From the NCBI RefSeq assembly GCF_006345805.1, contig NC_043021.1, forward strand, positions 1,364,001-1,428,000: a stretch of DNA of 64,000 nucleotides, read 5' to 3'. Under the pieces are notes generated by a model. It saw nothing but the letters and a program-made list of their open reading frames with translations, did not search any database and was not told the origin of the DNA. A program made the translations under genes and the position numbers. This document shows, piece after piece, positions 48,235-60,372 of this stretch. The stretch's first letter is position 1. Every line of letters starts with the position of its first letter. Source of the DNA: Octopus sinensis. Lineage: Eukaryota.

Positions 48235-50569
48235 TAGTAATTTGTTGGTAGTGATGATTTCCATAACTGTTATGAGTGTGAAGAAAGCAATGTGAAATAG
48301 AAATAATTCTAATTTCCTGTCTCACTTTCAAATTCACCAATTACTTGGTTTGCATGCAATGGTTAGCTTGCAACAATCTTTCATTAAAAAATTGCCTTTT
48401 CTCTAATTGGTTTTCAGTTAACTCCCTTGCTTTTGTTTGGTTTAGTTAATCATTATTCAACAATGTTTACTTCTTGATACAGCTATTGTCTTCTTGCTCA
48501 CCTCATTAAGGTTGTTAGTAATTATTTCACTATTTGCCAAATTAAACTTTTTGTATACTTTGATCCATCACTAAGGTTGACATTTTACACACACTCTTTT
48601 GTTATGTATCTTTGTCTTCTTCTTATGTGTTTATGCATGTTTATATTTATCCATATCTTACTACTAATGACTAGACAACACAGCCCGTGTCTGCTCTTGC
48701 AAAGCTCTCCAACTTGCCAAATGATCTTTTTATGTAGCTACATGACTACAAATCAACACAAATTCATTCTTACTATGTTATCCCTGCACTTTTTTGCCTA
48801 GTCCAATGTTTCTAATCCAACACTTTCCGATTCTCTTTAATCTTCTCCATATCATCATTAACTTTGTTGCTGGACTCAAAAATTGAGATAATGAGGATGA
48901 TAGATAACAGTAATGTGAACGACTGTTAAATGATAGCCCTGTGTCCATTTTTCTGTAACAATTCTGATGGATATCTCATTAGGTGTTCAGTCCTCTCATT
49001 TTTTTTCATTCTGTTTGGTGAGTGTGTGTGTATGTGTGTGTGTAGTGATAAGGACAGAGGAAGGATTCGTAAGTTTCAGCAACAATATGTATTTGTTAAT
49101 CAACTTTATGGCTTTTACTGCTGAATTCTCTTAGCAACTGATTTTGCAGCTTAAACATGGAGTTGAATATTATAAAGAGCCAACCTATCAATTGAAGCTG
49201 TTCTTTCTACTACAGTAACTAGGATACTATAAATGCACCACTTTTGTGACTGGAGGAGTACTATGAGTATCATAACAGTAACTAGAGTACATTAGATGTG
49301 CCACTTTAGTAAACAGTGTATTATAGATGTATCACTATAGTAACTAGAATACTATATGTGTGCCACTATAGCAAGTGGGGAGCTATAGCCATACCATAAC
49401 AGAATTTCTCCACAAAATTGTATATCATTGTAAATACTGGTTAGTATTTTCAATGATATTAGTACTTCATCACTAATTTTCTGCCGTTTTATTAACTAAG
49501 GCACATTTGTATACCTCATAAAAGTTTGATTGAGTGCCACTGATGTAGTATAAAATTTTGATTCAGAATGATTAAATGTATCTCCCATACTCTGCATATT
49601 ATTTTGATTGATTTGGGTTTGAGAATGTTAAAAAGATTTTATTACTGCCACATCTAGCTCAAAAATGTATGGCCTAGAAGTTAATAGTTCATGTATTGTC
49701 ATTACCAATGCTATTCTATGAATAATACAATCCTTCACTGAATCAGTCTGCCTATCTCTAAATAGATATTACTGGATAAGAACAACTCATCATTGTAAAA
49801 TTGATGAGTATTTTATTAGCTTGCATTACTTCATTCAACTCTTTGCAAAAGTATAGCTTGAAGGGAGATTTGATGTGTTTGGTACTTGGACAAAGACCCC
49901 CACCCACAGGACAAAATCCCCTAGCAGTCAATATCCTTCAGGATATTGTTCTTTCTTTACAATAAAAATATTTTAGGAAAGTGAAATTTTATTTAAAAAA
50001 TTTTATTATTGATATTTTTATTTAAAATTTGTCCAGAGGGATTTTGTTCTGATACCTAATTTGTTTAGCTGTCTTTCTGTAAATAGATTGTATAAAATAC
50101 TTCTTACCTAGTATTTCTATGGAGACCTACTCCTAACCAGCAAGCTGCTTCAGAAACAATATTAACATTCCCTTTCAATACTGACTTTTATGTTAAATAA
50201 CATTGAAATATCTTACAACAATTTAATCTTCTACCTTTTGTGCTGCTGACCCGTATCAGAATTTGTTTAAATCTTGAGCTATGTCTCTAAGATTGACCTT
50301 AGTCCTAGCTATAACACAGGTCTGTAAAATGAAACTGTTTGAAAATTTTATTGATAATTGCATGTTAGTTTATATATTTTTGTGGTTCGAATTTGAAATA
50401 CAAAAAGAAAAAAACTCTCTCTCCTATTACCTAAGATTTTTCTCACAATCTATCAGATATATATAAAATATATCATAATTTGAAGGTAAACCTACCTATG
50501 GTAAGAGAAAATGAAATGAAGTTAATAAAAATGAATTTGTTATTTTTATTAAGCAAACCAAAACAGCAC

Positions 50570-51170
50570 AAATGCAATTGAATGGTATGAAAATAGATTT
50601 TTACGAGGGTTCCATTCCTTCGTTTTAGGTTCAGCTCCTAAAATTGAAAACTATGCCTGGAACTCTTGCTTGTGAACATTTGATGGACGTTAACAATCCA
50701 ATATCCAGAAGTAGTTGGCCATTATACTGACGTTCCATCTTCCCTTATATCTTCTTTCCATCTTGATGAAACCTCACTCCTGCTTCTCATATCCATCCTC
50801 CAGATTTTCAGGAATGAAATCCAAATGGGAATATTGGAAATTAATTTTAATGCTCATGTTATATCCTAAGTCCCTGTGACTCACAACTCAAGTGTATGTC
50901 TTCAAGGTTTCCTAGTGGTGATGGGACTGGAATGTCTAGACCATGGGTAACATGTAGCAATGCATACTAGAGATTTGGATAAACATTGCTTTCCTCACTC
51001 TTCGAATTGTGTTTGTATACCTTAGATGAGCAAAAATAGCGGTCTTCACTGTGATTTTGGGGCTTCATATTAGAACCCCTAAATGAAAAGACTGTTCTGC
51101 ACATTTTGTCCATGTCTTAGTTATTCAACTGAAATTGAATCGGTCATATGAGGAGCCCACTTCTGATATT
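50570..51170 (-). mobile_element. DNA transposase remnant, Chapaev3/CMC-like
   Basis: Minus frames read NMSIKINFQYSHLDFIPENL and IKMERRYKGRWNVSIMANYFW. The family assignment is from memory of this motif. Confidence 0.5.
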
Positions 51171-51239
51171 GACCGCCTAATTATATATGCATATATATAT
51201 AATTTTATATACATATATATATATAATAAAAAAATAAAA

Positions 51240-51487
51240 GCGCCCTTTTAAAGCCTAGCCAGGTTCATCAGCTCAGTTTCTCGGTTTCAATGGCGTATGT
51301 GTTCCCCAGCGGGACGGGACGCCAGTCCATCGCAGCGTTACCCATTTTTGCCAGCTGAGTGGACTGGCGCAACATGAAATGAAGTGTTTTGCTCAAGAAC
51401 ACAACGCGTCGCTCAGTCCAGGAATTGAAACCACAATCTTATGATCATGATGCTGACTCCCTAACCACTAAGCCACGTGCCTCCACA
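51240..51487 (-). mobile_element. tRNA-derived SINE with CORE/Meta-like domain
   Basis: Head GTGGAGGCACGTGGCTTAGTGGTTAG; core shared with 33093-33432. Confidence 0.75.
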
Positions 51488-51507
51488 TACACACACACAT
51501 ATATATA

Positions 51508-51595
<88 letters not shown>

Positions 51596-53079
51596 CATAT
51601 ATATATGTGCATATATTTATATATTATTATATATACATATATTTATCCCAAACCATGCAGTAGGAGTGAATGGTGGAGGGAGAGGAGAGAAAATAGTAAT
51701 TCAGTGAAAAAGTAGTGATAGTTATAGCCATGACTGAAAGGGGAGTGAGAGAAAGTATTAGCAATGAGAGAGAGGAAGTAGCAAAGAGAGCATTGTGTAT
51801 CTTCTACTGTAATAATCTACTATAATAATACTCTTGTGTATTTCTCCGTCACAATATATGAATGAGAAAGGAAGATGTAATCCACTGATGAATGTGGATG
51901 GTGATAAGTCAACGTTGAAAGAGAAATCAAAAAGTACTTCAACTCTGTGTGAGTATATATGTGTGTGTGTGTAAAAAGGAGGAACGTGAATGTTTGTGTG
52001 TGTTTATTTAGAAATATACACAAAATAGAATTACAGACACACTTAAAAAGAAAGGAAGCAGGCTGTGATAAAGTATAGAAAACCGCATTCACTACAGACT
52101 GTGCTACTCATACATATAAATGTATGCATATGCACACATGCACGCACGCACACACACACACAGGTTGAAGCAATGATTTTTTTCCCCACTTTTTTGTACC
52201 CTTTTTATATATAAAATACTACAATTATCTGTCATTTTTGACGGCATGGGGTCAGCTAGTGTATATATAATGATTGTTAGTTTCATGTCTACTTCATTCC
52301 ACCAAATGCCTCTTAAATTCTTCCTCCTCACAAATGTTATTCACTTTGAGCTCAACCTGCAAATCTTGAAACTGAACAATGACTATAGTAAGCTCCCTAG
52401 TCTGAAAGACTAGCAAAGTCCATTGGCACTCTTTTTACCGTCTTAAAAGGGAGTGGATGGCAAATAAACATCAACTGTTTGATCAATACAGAATCATTAT
52501 AGGTGTGTTTTGCCTTGGTTTATAAACAATTCACTATTTTTATGAGATTATCCTGTCTGAACAAGCATGCAAAGAATAAAAGCTGTGTAATGGTGATGCT
52601 AACACTGTTTTTCTTGTTGTTGTTAGAAATTTCATTTAATTAGGTAAAAAGACATTGCTAATTGAATAGACTATTTTCATAATAAATAATAATTTTTTCT
52701 TATGTGATATCTTGAATAATATAATTGTTAATGGGGTATCTTTTACACAAAATACACATGTATACACTCATCTATGTGTGTACATAGATACATGCACACT
52801 ACACCATCAGCAAGAAAACAGCTTTGATGAATATGAACTAATTGACATTTTGTTTAGAGGAGTTACCTAATAGAAGCAAAATCAATATTTAATAGAAAAT
52901 TTCACTTGGGTCTTCTGAGTAACTTGTTAGTTGCTGTTGTGGCTTCAATTTCTTCAGCTGCTCAATAGCAACAAGCTACTGTTGAGCAGCTGGAGAGACT
53001 AAAGTCAATTGAAACTACTCAAGAATCAAAGAAGCAAGCTAAATGACTTCTGACTTTTTATTTAACACTTGATTTTTAC

Positions 53080-54110
53080 TTCCTTGACCATTAATGTCTC
53101 ACTTTTACTTAGCTGCATGGCTCTTCTCAAGCATACCAAATCACTAATTGTCTCAATCCTTTCTCATTGCTTCTGTGAGGCTCAGCTTTTGTAGATCATT
53201 TTTCACCACTTTATCCCATGTCTTCCTGAGTCTTCCTCTTCCACAGATACCCTCCACATCTTCTTTATGCAGTTGTCTCATCCATATGCATCACATGACC
53301 ATATCAACACAGTTTTTCTCATATGCTATGTGTGATGTCTCTTATGTCCATTTTTTTTTCTCATCACATGTATGTTTTGTTGTACATACAAACTGACATT
53401 GTACATCTAGTGAAGCATGCTGACTTTAATTTTTTCAGGCATTCTGATGTCTTCTGCTGTCACAGCCCACATTTCACTGCCTTATAGTATAGCTGTTCGT
53501 ACACAAGTATTATACAACCTGTCTTTTACTCTGAGTGAGAAGCCCTTTGTTATCAATAAAAGTAAAGCTGTCTGAATCAGCATCCTTCACTACTACTTAT
53601 TTGATCACCATAGTAACAAAAACTTTCTATTATCTCTAAGGATCCCTCTGGGCATTAGAGGAAATCTCTTTCTTGTATGCTCTTTGTATATATAGTTCCT
53701 GCATATCTGCTTCACATAAAGATTGTTTTCTCAGTTAACCTTTTTGTGATTCTACTGGACTTCTCGTGTCCATAACTTGCACTGGGTACACTATATGGAA
53801 TTTCTATCTATACCTTTCCTACCTATTGAGCAGGACCATTTCCACAAAGGGATTAGTCATTTGCCTGCTTTCCCACTTACTAGTGCTTTATATCTTGCTA
53901 AATTAATTCTAAGGCCCTTTTTTTATTCCAAGCTTTGCTTCTACACCTGAAATTTCTTCTCTAATTCTACTATAGATTCACCTACTTGGGATGAACAAAC
54001 CAGCAGCCCATCCTAAGGTCTCTGTTCCAACAGGTCCTGTTTATATAGAACTTACAGACTGTTTGGGCTCCACCCTGGGGGGGCCTTTATTTCTCTGTAT
54101 TCTTCTGTTG
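53080..54110 (-). mobile_element. Decayed RTE LINE fragment
   Basis: Minus-strand RTE-like pieces including WYGHVMHM near the element end. Confidence 0.55.
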
Positions 54111-54479
54111 TTAACTCTGCTGAAGTCCATGATGCTGGAATAGGGAGGAAGGGAGAGCAGGAAGATGTAGAGAGAGAGAGAGAGAGAGAGAGTGAAGAGA
54201 GAGGAATGTGGAAGTAGTCAGAAAAATTAATGAGAGAGAGAGAGAAAACTGCAGGGAGAGGAACATAAGCAAAAAGACGAAATTTGTGTCTGGAGCAAAG
54301 CTTCTGTTAGACCAAGGATGATATGATGGTGGAATGGTGAGATAGAAAGGACAGTATGAGAGAATAGATGGGTTTGAAAAGATTGAAAATATTTAAGGTA
54401 GCAAAGAACCATATCATGTAGTTAAAAGAGGAGATAAGTGGCAAATTTATCTAGCAAGAGCAGAAGTAGAAAGGAAAAG

Positions 54480-56230
54480 GTTTGCCAATATCTTACATGT
54501 GGATCAGAGTTGAAAGGTGTTCTAGATTGTTAGACAGTGTATCAGAGAGAATTGTGAGTGATTGTGTGTATGGATGAATAGAAGTATTCTTGCATTTAGT
54601 GACTCTCAAAGGAAAGAGGTTTGGAAGAAGTGATGTTTTGAAAATTTATTAAATGTAGAGAATACATGGAAGAAAGGGAGTCTTCCCACATGAAAGAGAT
54701 CAGCTATACTAGTTTGACAGCTGCATTGTAGATAAGACAATTAAGACAAGGAAAGCTTTTGGTTCATTGGGAATTACTGCTTAGATGCTTAAAATATCTA
54801 GCAGAGTAGTATACAGTTGAGTCACCTGTATGATTAAGTTATTCAGGAAGGTGTCATCCCCAGTGATTGGTGTAGCAGCATTATGGTCAGCTGTTACAAG
54901 GTTAAAGGTGATGCCTTTGAGAGTAATAATTACAGAAGTACCAGATTGCTGGGCCAGGTCATGAAAGTTATGGAAGTTGCCCAATTAATTAGAAACTGAA
55001 TCCAACTAGATGAGATTCAGTTTGGTTTTGTATTGGGTAGAAGTACAACAAATGCTATCTTATTAGTCTGGCAACTTTAAGATAAGTACTTTGCTAAGTA
55101 AACCATTGTACCTTTGGCATGCATTGTTCTGGAGAAAGCCTTTAATGGAGTCCCTCATGTTGTGATATGGTCTCTGGTGTGGAAAGCAGTAAACAGATGA
55201 CTTGTGAAAGCCATACAAGCTATGTACAGGAGTGCTGTCAGTAAGGTGAGGCTTTCACCAAGGCTCAGTCCTCATTCTTCTCTTGTTCATCATTCTCCAA
55301 TAGGCCATAACAGAAGAATTCAAGATGGGTTGGCCCTGGGAACTACTATATGCTGGTAAACTTGCTTTCATAGCTGAATTTCTAACGGGTAGAAAGGAAA
55401 TTCCAGGTGTGGAAGCAAAACTTGGAATTGAAGTGCCTTAAAGTTAACTTGGCAAAGACTAAAGTTCTAGTAAACAGGAAAACTGAACAGACTCTACCTG
55501 TTTCAGGTAAATGACAGTGCTTACAATGTTGGAAAGGTGTAGGTAGAAGTTCCATCCAGTGTACTCAGTATAAGCAATGGTCAAACAAGAGGTGTAGTGG
55601 AATAATCGGAAGGTTAATAGAGAAAGTAGTGTTTGTATGTAGGAGATGTGCAGGTGTCATAAAGACCAAGGATACATGGGAGATTGATTTTTTCAAATGC
55701 CCGAGAGGCTCTCTGGCCATGATAGATATGCTTGTTTCCTGGGTGACCTAATTCGCAGCAGAGGAGGATGTTCCGGAAGTTGAGTTGCTAGAATCAGAAT
55801 TAAATAGAGAAAGTTCAGTGAGCTATTACCTCTGTTAGCAGCAAAATCTCTCTCTCTCCTCTCTCTCTCGAAGGCTGATTGAATTATGCTTGCATACAGT
55901 AATGCTACATAGTAGTGAGATGTTAGCCCTGAAAGCAGAGGATATGTGAAGACTAGAGAGGAATGAAGCTAGTACACTCTACTAGATGTACAATATCAGT
56001 GTGCAAGTACAGCAAAGTGCTGATGTATTGAGTGTAAAGTGAGGTATAAGGGGAATCAGATGTAGTGTGCAAGAGAGAGAGAGAGAGGACCGTATTGGTA
56101 TGGTCATGTGATGTGTATGAAGGAAGGTAGCTATATAAAGAAGTAGCAACTGTTAAATGTGAACGGAACTTGTGGAAGAGGGAGACTCAGCAAGATAAAG
56201 ACCAATTTCAAGATGCTGAGACTTGAAGAG
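54480..56230 (+). mobile_element. Decayed RTE LINE RT region
   Basis: LDEIQFGFV.G.STT, LEKAFNGVP, HQGSVL and LYWYGHVM in broken frames. Confidence 0.75.
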
Positions 56231-57169
56231 ATCACAAACGACTAAGATTATTGACATTTTGCTCTGCTCCAGCTGGCCTGTCCATTACAGCAAAAAAATG
56301 ATTTCCTAGAATTCCTCTTATGCTTTTTTTTTTGTCTGACATGTCAAGCATTTCTATCCCCTAAGACATATCACTCCCCTATACGTATCACTCCTCATAT
56401 AGTCTGTTTAGCTGCTCCCTCAGCATCTCCCCCCCACTTGCTTTTCTCTTGGAATCACTTTCATTCTTCATTTCTACCAATCATCTCATTACTCTGCCTT
56501 TGGCCACTGCTCTCTGCTATATTCCATTCTTATTTGTTATTATTCTGAATGCTCCCTCATATCTATCATCATGCCCCACCCTAACCCTTATGTGTTTCTA
56601 TATCTCCCTTATGTGTTTCTATATCTCCCTTTCCACTACTCCTACATCTTATACATCACCCTGCTACTTTTCTCATCTATTCTTCCTGACCCATTTTCTC
56701 ACCTTATCTTTCTCTATACTTGCAGTTCCCTTCAACCATACCTCCATCCTTGTTCATCACTCACTGTATTCACCTCTACCCCCCATCCTCTCTCTCATTT
56801 AAAACAACATTTTTCTCCCATGACCCTTTTTCTGTCTTATTAGTTTACACAACAACATCACTAGTGCTAGTTTACGAATAAAACACCCATTATAGTCTGT
56901 AAAGTGATGGTGGTGGGGTTAACAGATACAGACACACATACATACATGGTGGCTGCCCCCTTGTTATCGAGTATGGCCATTGCACGAAGCTTAATCAATG
57001 TTGTTATCGTGCAATGCCTGTGCAAGAAGATTTTTTTTAAAGTGAGGAAAGGCTGTGCACTGAGTCAATCCCACTCACTAAGCAACAGCAGCCATAATCC
57101 GAAAAGAAGAACAAGTCAATATCATCGGGACTGAACTCAGAAGCTTTCTTAACACACAGTCACGTCTGC

Positions 57170-57208
<39 letters not shown>

Positions 57209-57214
<6 letters not shown>

Positions 57215-57726
57215 TAAATATTAGGGAATAAATCCAAATTTACAGGGAAAAAATCAGATTTAGGATTAAATCGATTTATAGTAAAATATTTTATAATATT
57301 TACTATAAAATCGATTTAATCCTAAATCTGATTTTTTCCCTGTAAATTTGGATTTATTCCCTAATATTTATTATTTATATAATATTGATGGATTTTACAG
57401 GTAAGATAGAACCGCTGTTTTGGGATTCATCTTTGAAAGATATTCCTATTCCTTCTAGAAGTCTTTCCTTGTTTGTTTTGCAAAATAGTGGTTTTGTCTC
57501 GAATAATATTTTATAATATTTTACTATAAAATCGATTTAATCCTAAATCTGATTTTTTCCCTGTAAATTTGGATTTATTCCCTAATATTTATTATTTATA
57601 TAATATTGATGGATTTTACAGGTAAGATAGAACCGCTGTTTTGGGATTCATCTTTGAAAGATATTCCTATTCCTTCTAGAAGTCTTTCCTTGTTTGTTTT
57701 GCAAAATAGTGGTTTTGTCTCGAATA

Positions 57727-57733
<7 letters not shown>
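57209..57733. repeat. Inverted plus tandem (pLTR-like) repeat between TA tracts
   Basis: Hairpin 57209-57376 (arms ~80 bp). Tandem units 57285-57504 and 57505-57725. Confidence 0.85.
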
Positions 57734-57757
<24 letters not shown>

Positions 57758-58009
57758 TACTGGGGAAAGCTAGTTTATGAGATTATCCTAGGTGTTCCAT
57801 CCACAAACCAGGAACTAAGAAATCACTACCCACAGGACAGACATTACAACCCACCCCATCCTCCTCCATAAGGAGATACGAATATAATTTTTATTCCAAC
57901 AAGTTTATTCCAGCAATCCATTTAACAACCACGCACAATAAACCTATACCACACAAAATAATTACCAATGACAGCCCTCTGAATCACCACATTCGAACAG
58001 AGAATATGG

Positions 58010-59787
58010 GGACACACTTATCAATCTCCATCCAAAATCCTGGACCACAAATCACAACAGGGGACAACTACATAACAGTCCTCATCCCAAGCCCCATAAT
58101 CATTTTTTAGACACCGTACACAGACACAGGGTTACGAGATAGCACCAGACATAAAGGAGAAACCAAAAGTGATAAAAGTCATCAATCTAACTCATGAAGA
58201 ACTAACACTAGACCAAATCAACATACTTTCCAAGGGGCTCAAATTTACCTCCTCCCCCTACCAAACTACAATGAAGTGAAGGATGTTACAGAATTCTGTA
58301 GAAAATTATGACTCACTGAGGAACTATACGACAAACACTACGAGGACGAGTCATTAGCCAGCAATAGAAGTAACTACACTCCATCAATAGGTAAGAACAA
58401 AATTCTTGACAATTTCTGTGAACACATTCACAGACAGAAATACAAGCCATATTTCAGTAGGAAAGAATGGGCTGAGCTGAACAAATTAAAGGATGATAAA
58501 ACAATAACAATCAAAGAGGCTACTAAAGGAAGTGCAGTAGTCTTAATGGACACGGTTTGATATATAACTCTAGTGCTATCCATATTAGAAAATGCAACGT
58601 ACTATGAAATGGCCAACACTAGTCAGCAGAAAAGAAGGAGAAGCCTAAAACCTCTGATATACAGAGAAGGGCTCACTGTCTAGGAATACAAGTATATGAT
58701 TAACTTCAAAAGTAAATCTGGTCAATTTTACAGTATTCCTAAGATACACAAAAGTGAAAAAATAAGTAACACATGCAGGGGAGCCACAGACATAATAGTC
58801 GAGGTACCTCCACCTAAAGACCTCAAATTAAGACCTATAATAGCAGGCCCTGCATGCAAAACTCACTGCCTCAACAACTTTTTAGAAACTTTCTTAAAAC
58901 CATTCCTCAAGCATAATAAAAGCTACATAAGGGACGACCTAGATATGCTCAACCACTTCCTTGAAACAATTGATAAAAGAAAAACCCTGCTTCGATGAAG
59001 TCAACCTGTATTCTAATATCCCCTACAACCTAGGAATGGAGGCAATCCAATTCTGGCTAGAGAATTACTCCAATGAACTCCCACACCACATCAAAAAAGA
59101 ATTTGTAATAGAAGGGCTAAAACTCATCCTATAGGGTAACTTCTTTGTATGCAATGACAACTTGTATTGACTGATATTAAGGACTGCGATGGGTACAAGA
59201 ATGGCTCCCTCCTTTGCTAACCTAGTCATGGGGTACCTAGAAATCACTCTTTATTGTAAGGTATCAGAAAAATATGGAAATCCAATCTCCCTTTACATAG
59301 AAAATAACTGGAAGAGATATCTAGATGACTACTTCATTCTTTGGCTTGGCAATATTGAGAGACTTAAAGAATTTCAAGCACTTCTGAATGGACTTGACAT
59401 AAACATTCAATTTACAATGGAATATAGCCATCAACAACTTCCATTCCTTGACATCCTTTTTAAGAAATCCAACAGCAAAATAGAAAGAGACATATACTAT
59501 AAACCCACAGACATCAAGCAGTATCTACCATTCAACTCCTGCCATCCCAGACACACTAGAATAACTATCCCTTCAAACCTGGCAAAAAGGATTTGCACTA
59601 TAGTATCTGATACAACAAGCAGCAGGGACACACAGCTACATGAGCTAAAGGATACACTCATCAGCAGGAATTACCCACCATCACTAATTGATATAGGTTT
59701 TCAGTGTGCCCTACACCTCAACATCCACAAACTCAGACACCCCAAACTAAAGAATGAATTACAACGAAAAGCCCTACCATACATATC

Positions 59788-59790
<3 letters not shown>
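58010..59790 (+). mobile_element. Penelope-like element RT ORF (decayed, truncated before GIY-YIG)
   Basis: FYSIPKIHK, LRPIIAGP, GTRMAPSFANLVMG, WKRYLDD, IQFTME..LPFLDI, YYKPTD..YLPFNSCHP. Confidence 0.92.
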
Positions 59791-59832
<42 letters not shown>

Positions 59833-59935
59833 TTAATAAGGGTGAGAGAATTAGATACTAATTTAATAGCATATCTATTCAACACCAAGTGGCCCAGTGC
59901 CTCGAGAAATATTAAAATAAAATAGTATAAAATTT

Positions 59936-59975
<40 letters not shown>

Positions 59976-59978
<3 letters not shown>

Positions 59979-60372
59979 CTTTTACTCTTTCACTTGTTTC
60001 AGTAATTTGACTGCGGCCATGCTGGAGCACCGCCTTTAGTCGAGCAAATCGACCCCAGGACTTATTCTTTCTAAGCCTAGTACTTATTCTATCAGTTCTT
60101 TGCTGAACTGCTAAGTTATGGGGACGTAAACACACCACCATCGGTTGTGAAGCGATGGTGGGGGAACAAACACAGACACACAAACATATACACACATACA
60201 TATATATATACATATGTATGACAGGTTTCTTTCAGTTTCCATCTACCAAATCCACTCACAAGGCTTTGGTCGGCCCGATGCTATAGTAGAAGACACTTGC
60301 CCAAAGTACCATGCAGTAGGAATGAACCCAGAACCATTTGGTTGGTAAGCAAGCTTCTTACCACACAGGCAC
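59976..60372 (-). mobile_element. tRNA-derived SINE
   Basis: Near full-length homolog of 32650-33030. Confidence 0.85.

Noticed and set aside
57380-57510. Minus-strand GIY-YIG C-terminus within the 220-bp unit
   Set aside because: The resemblance is faint, has stops, and conflicts with the strand suggested by base composition.
59826-59937. Short TA-flanked fragment after the Penelope RT as its pLTR/hammerhead
   Set aside because: No recognisable core remains and it is separated from the ORF by (TA)n.
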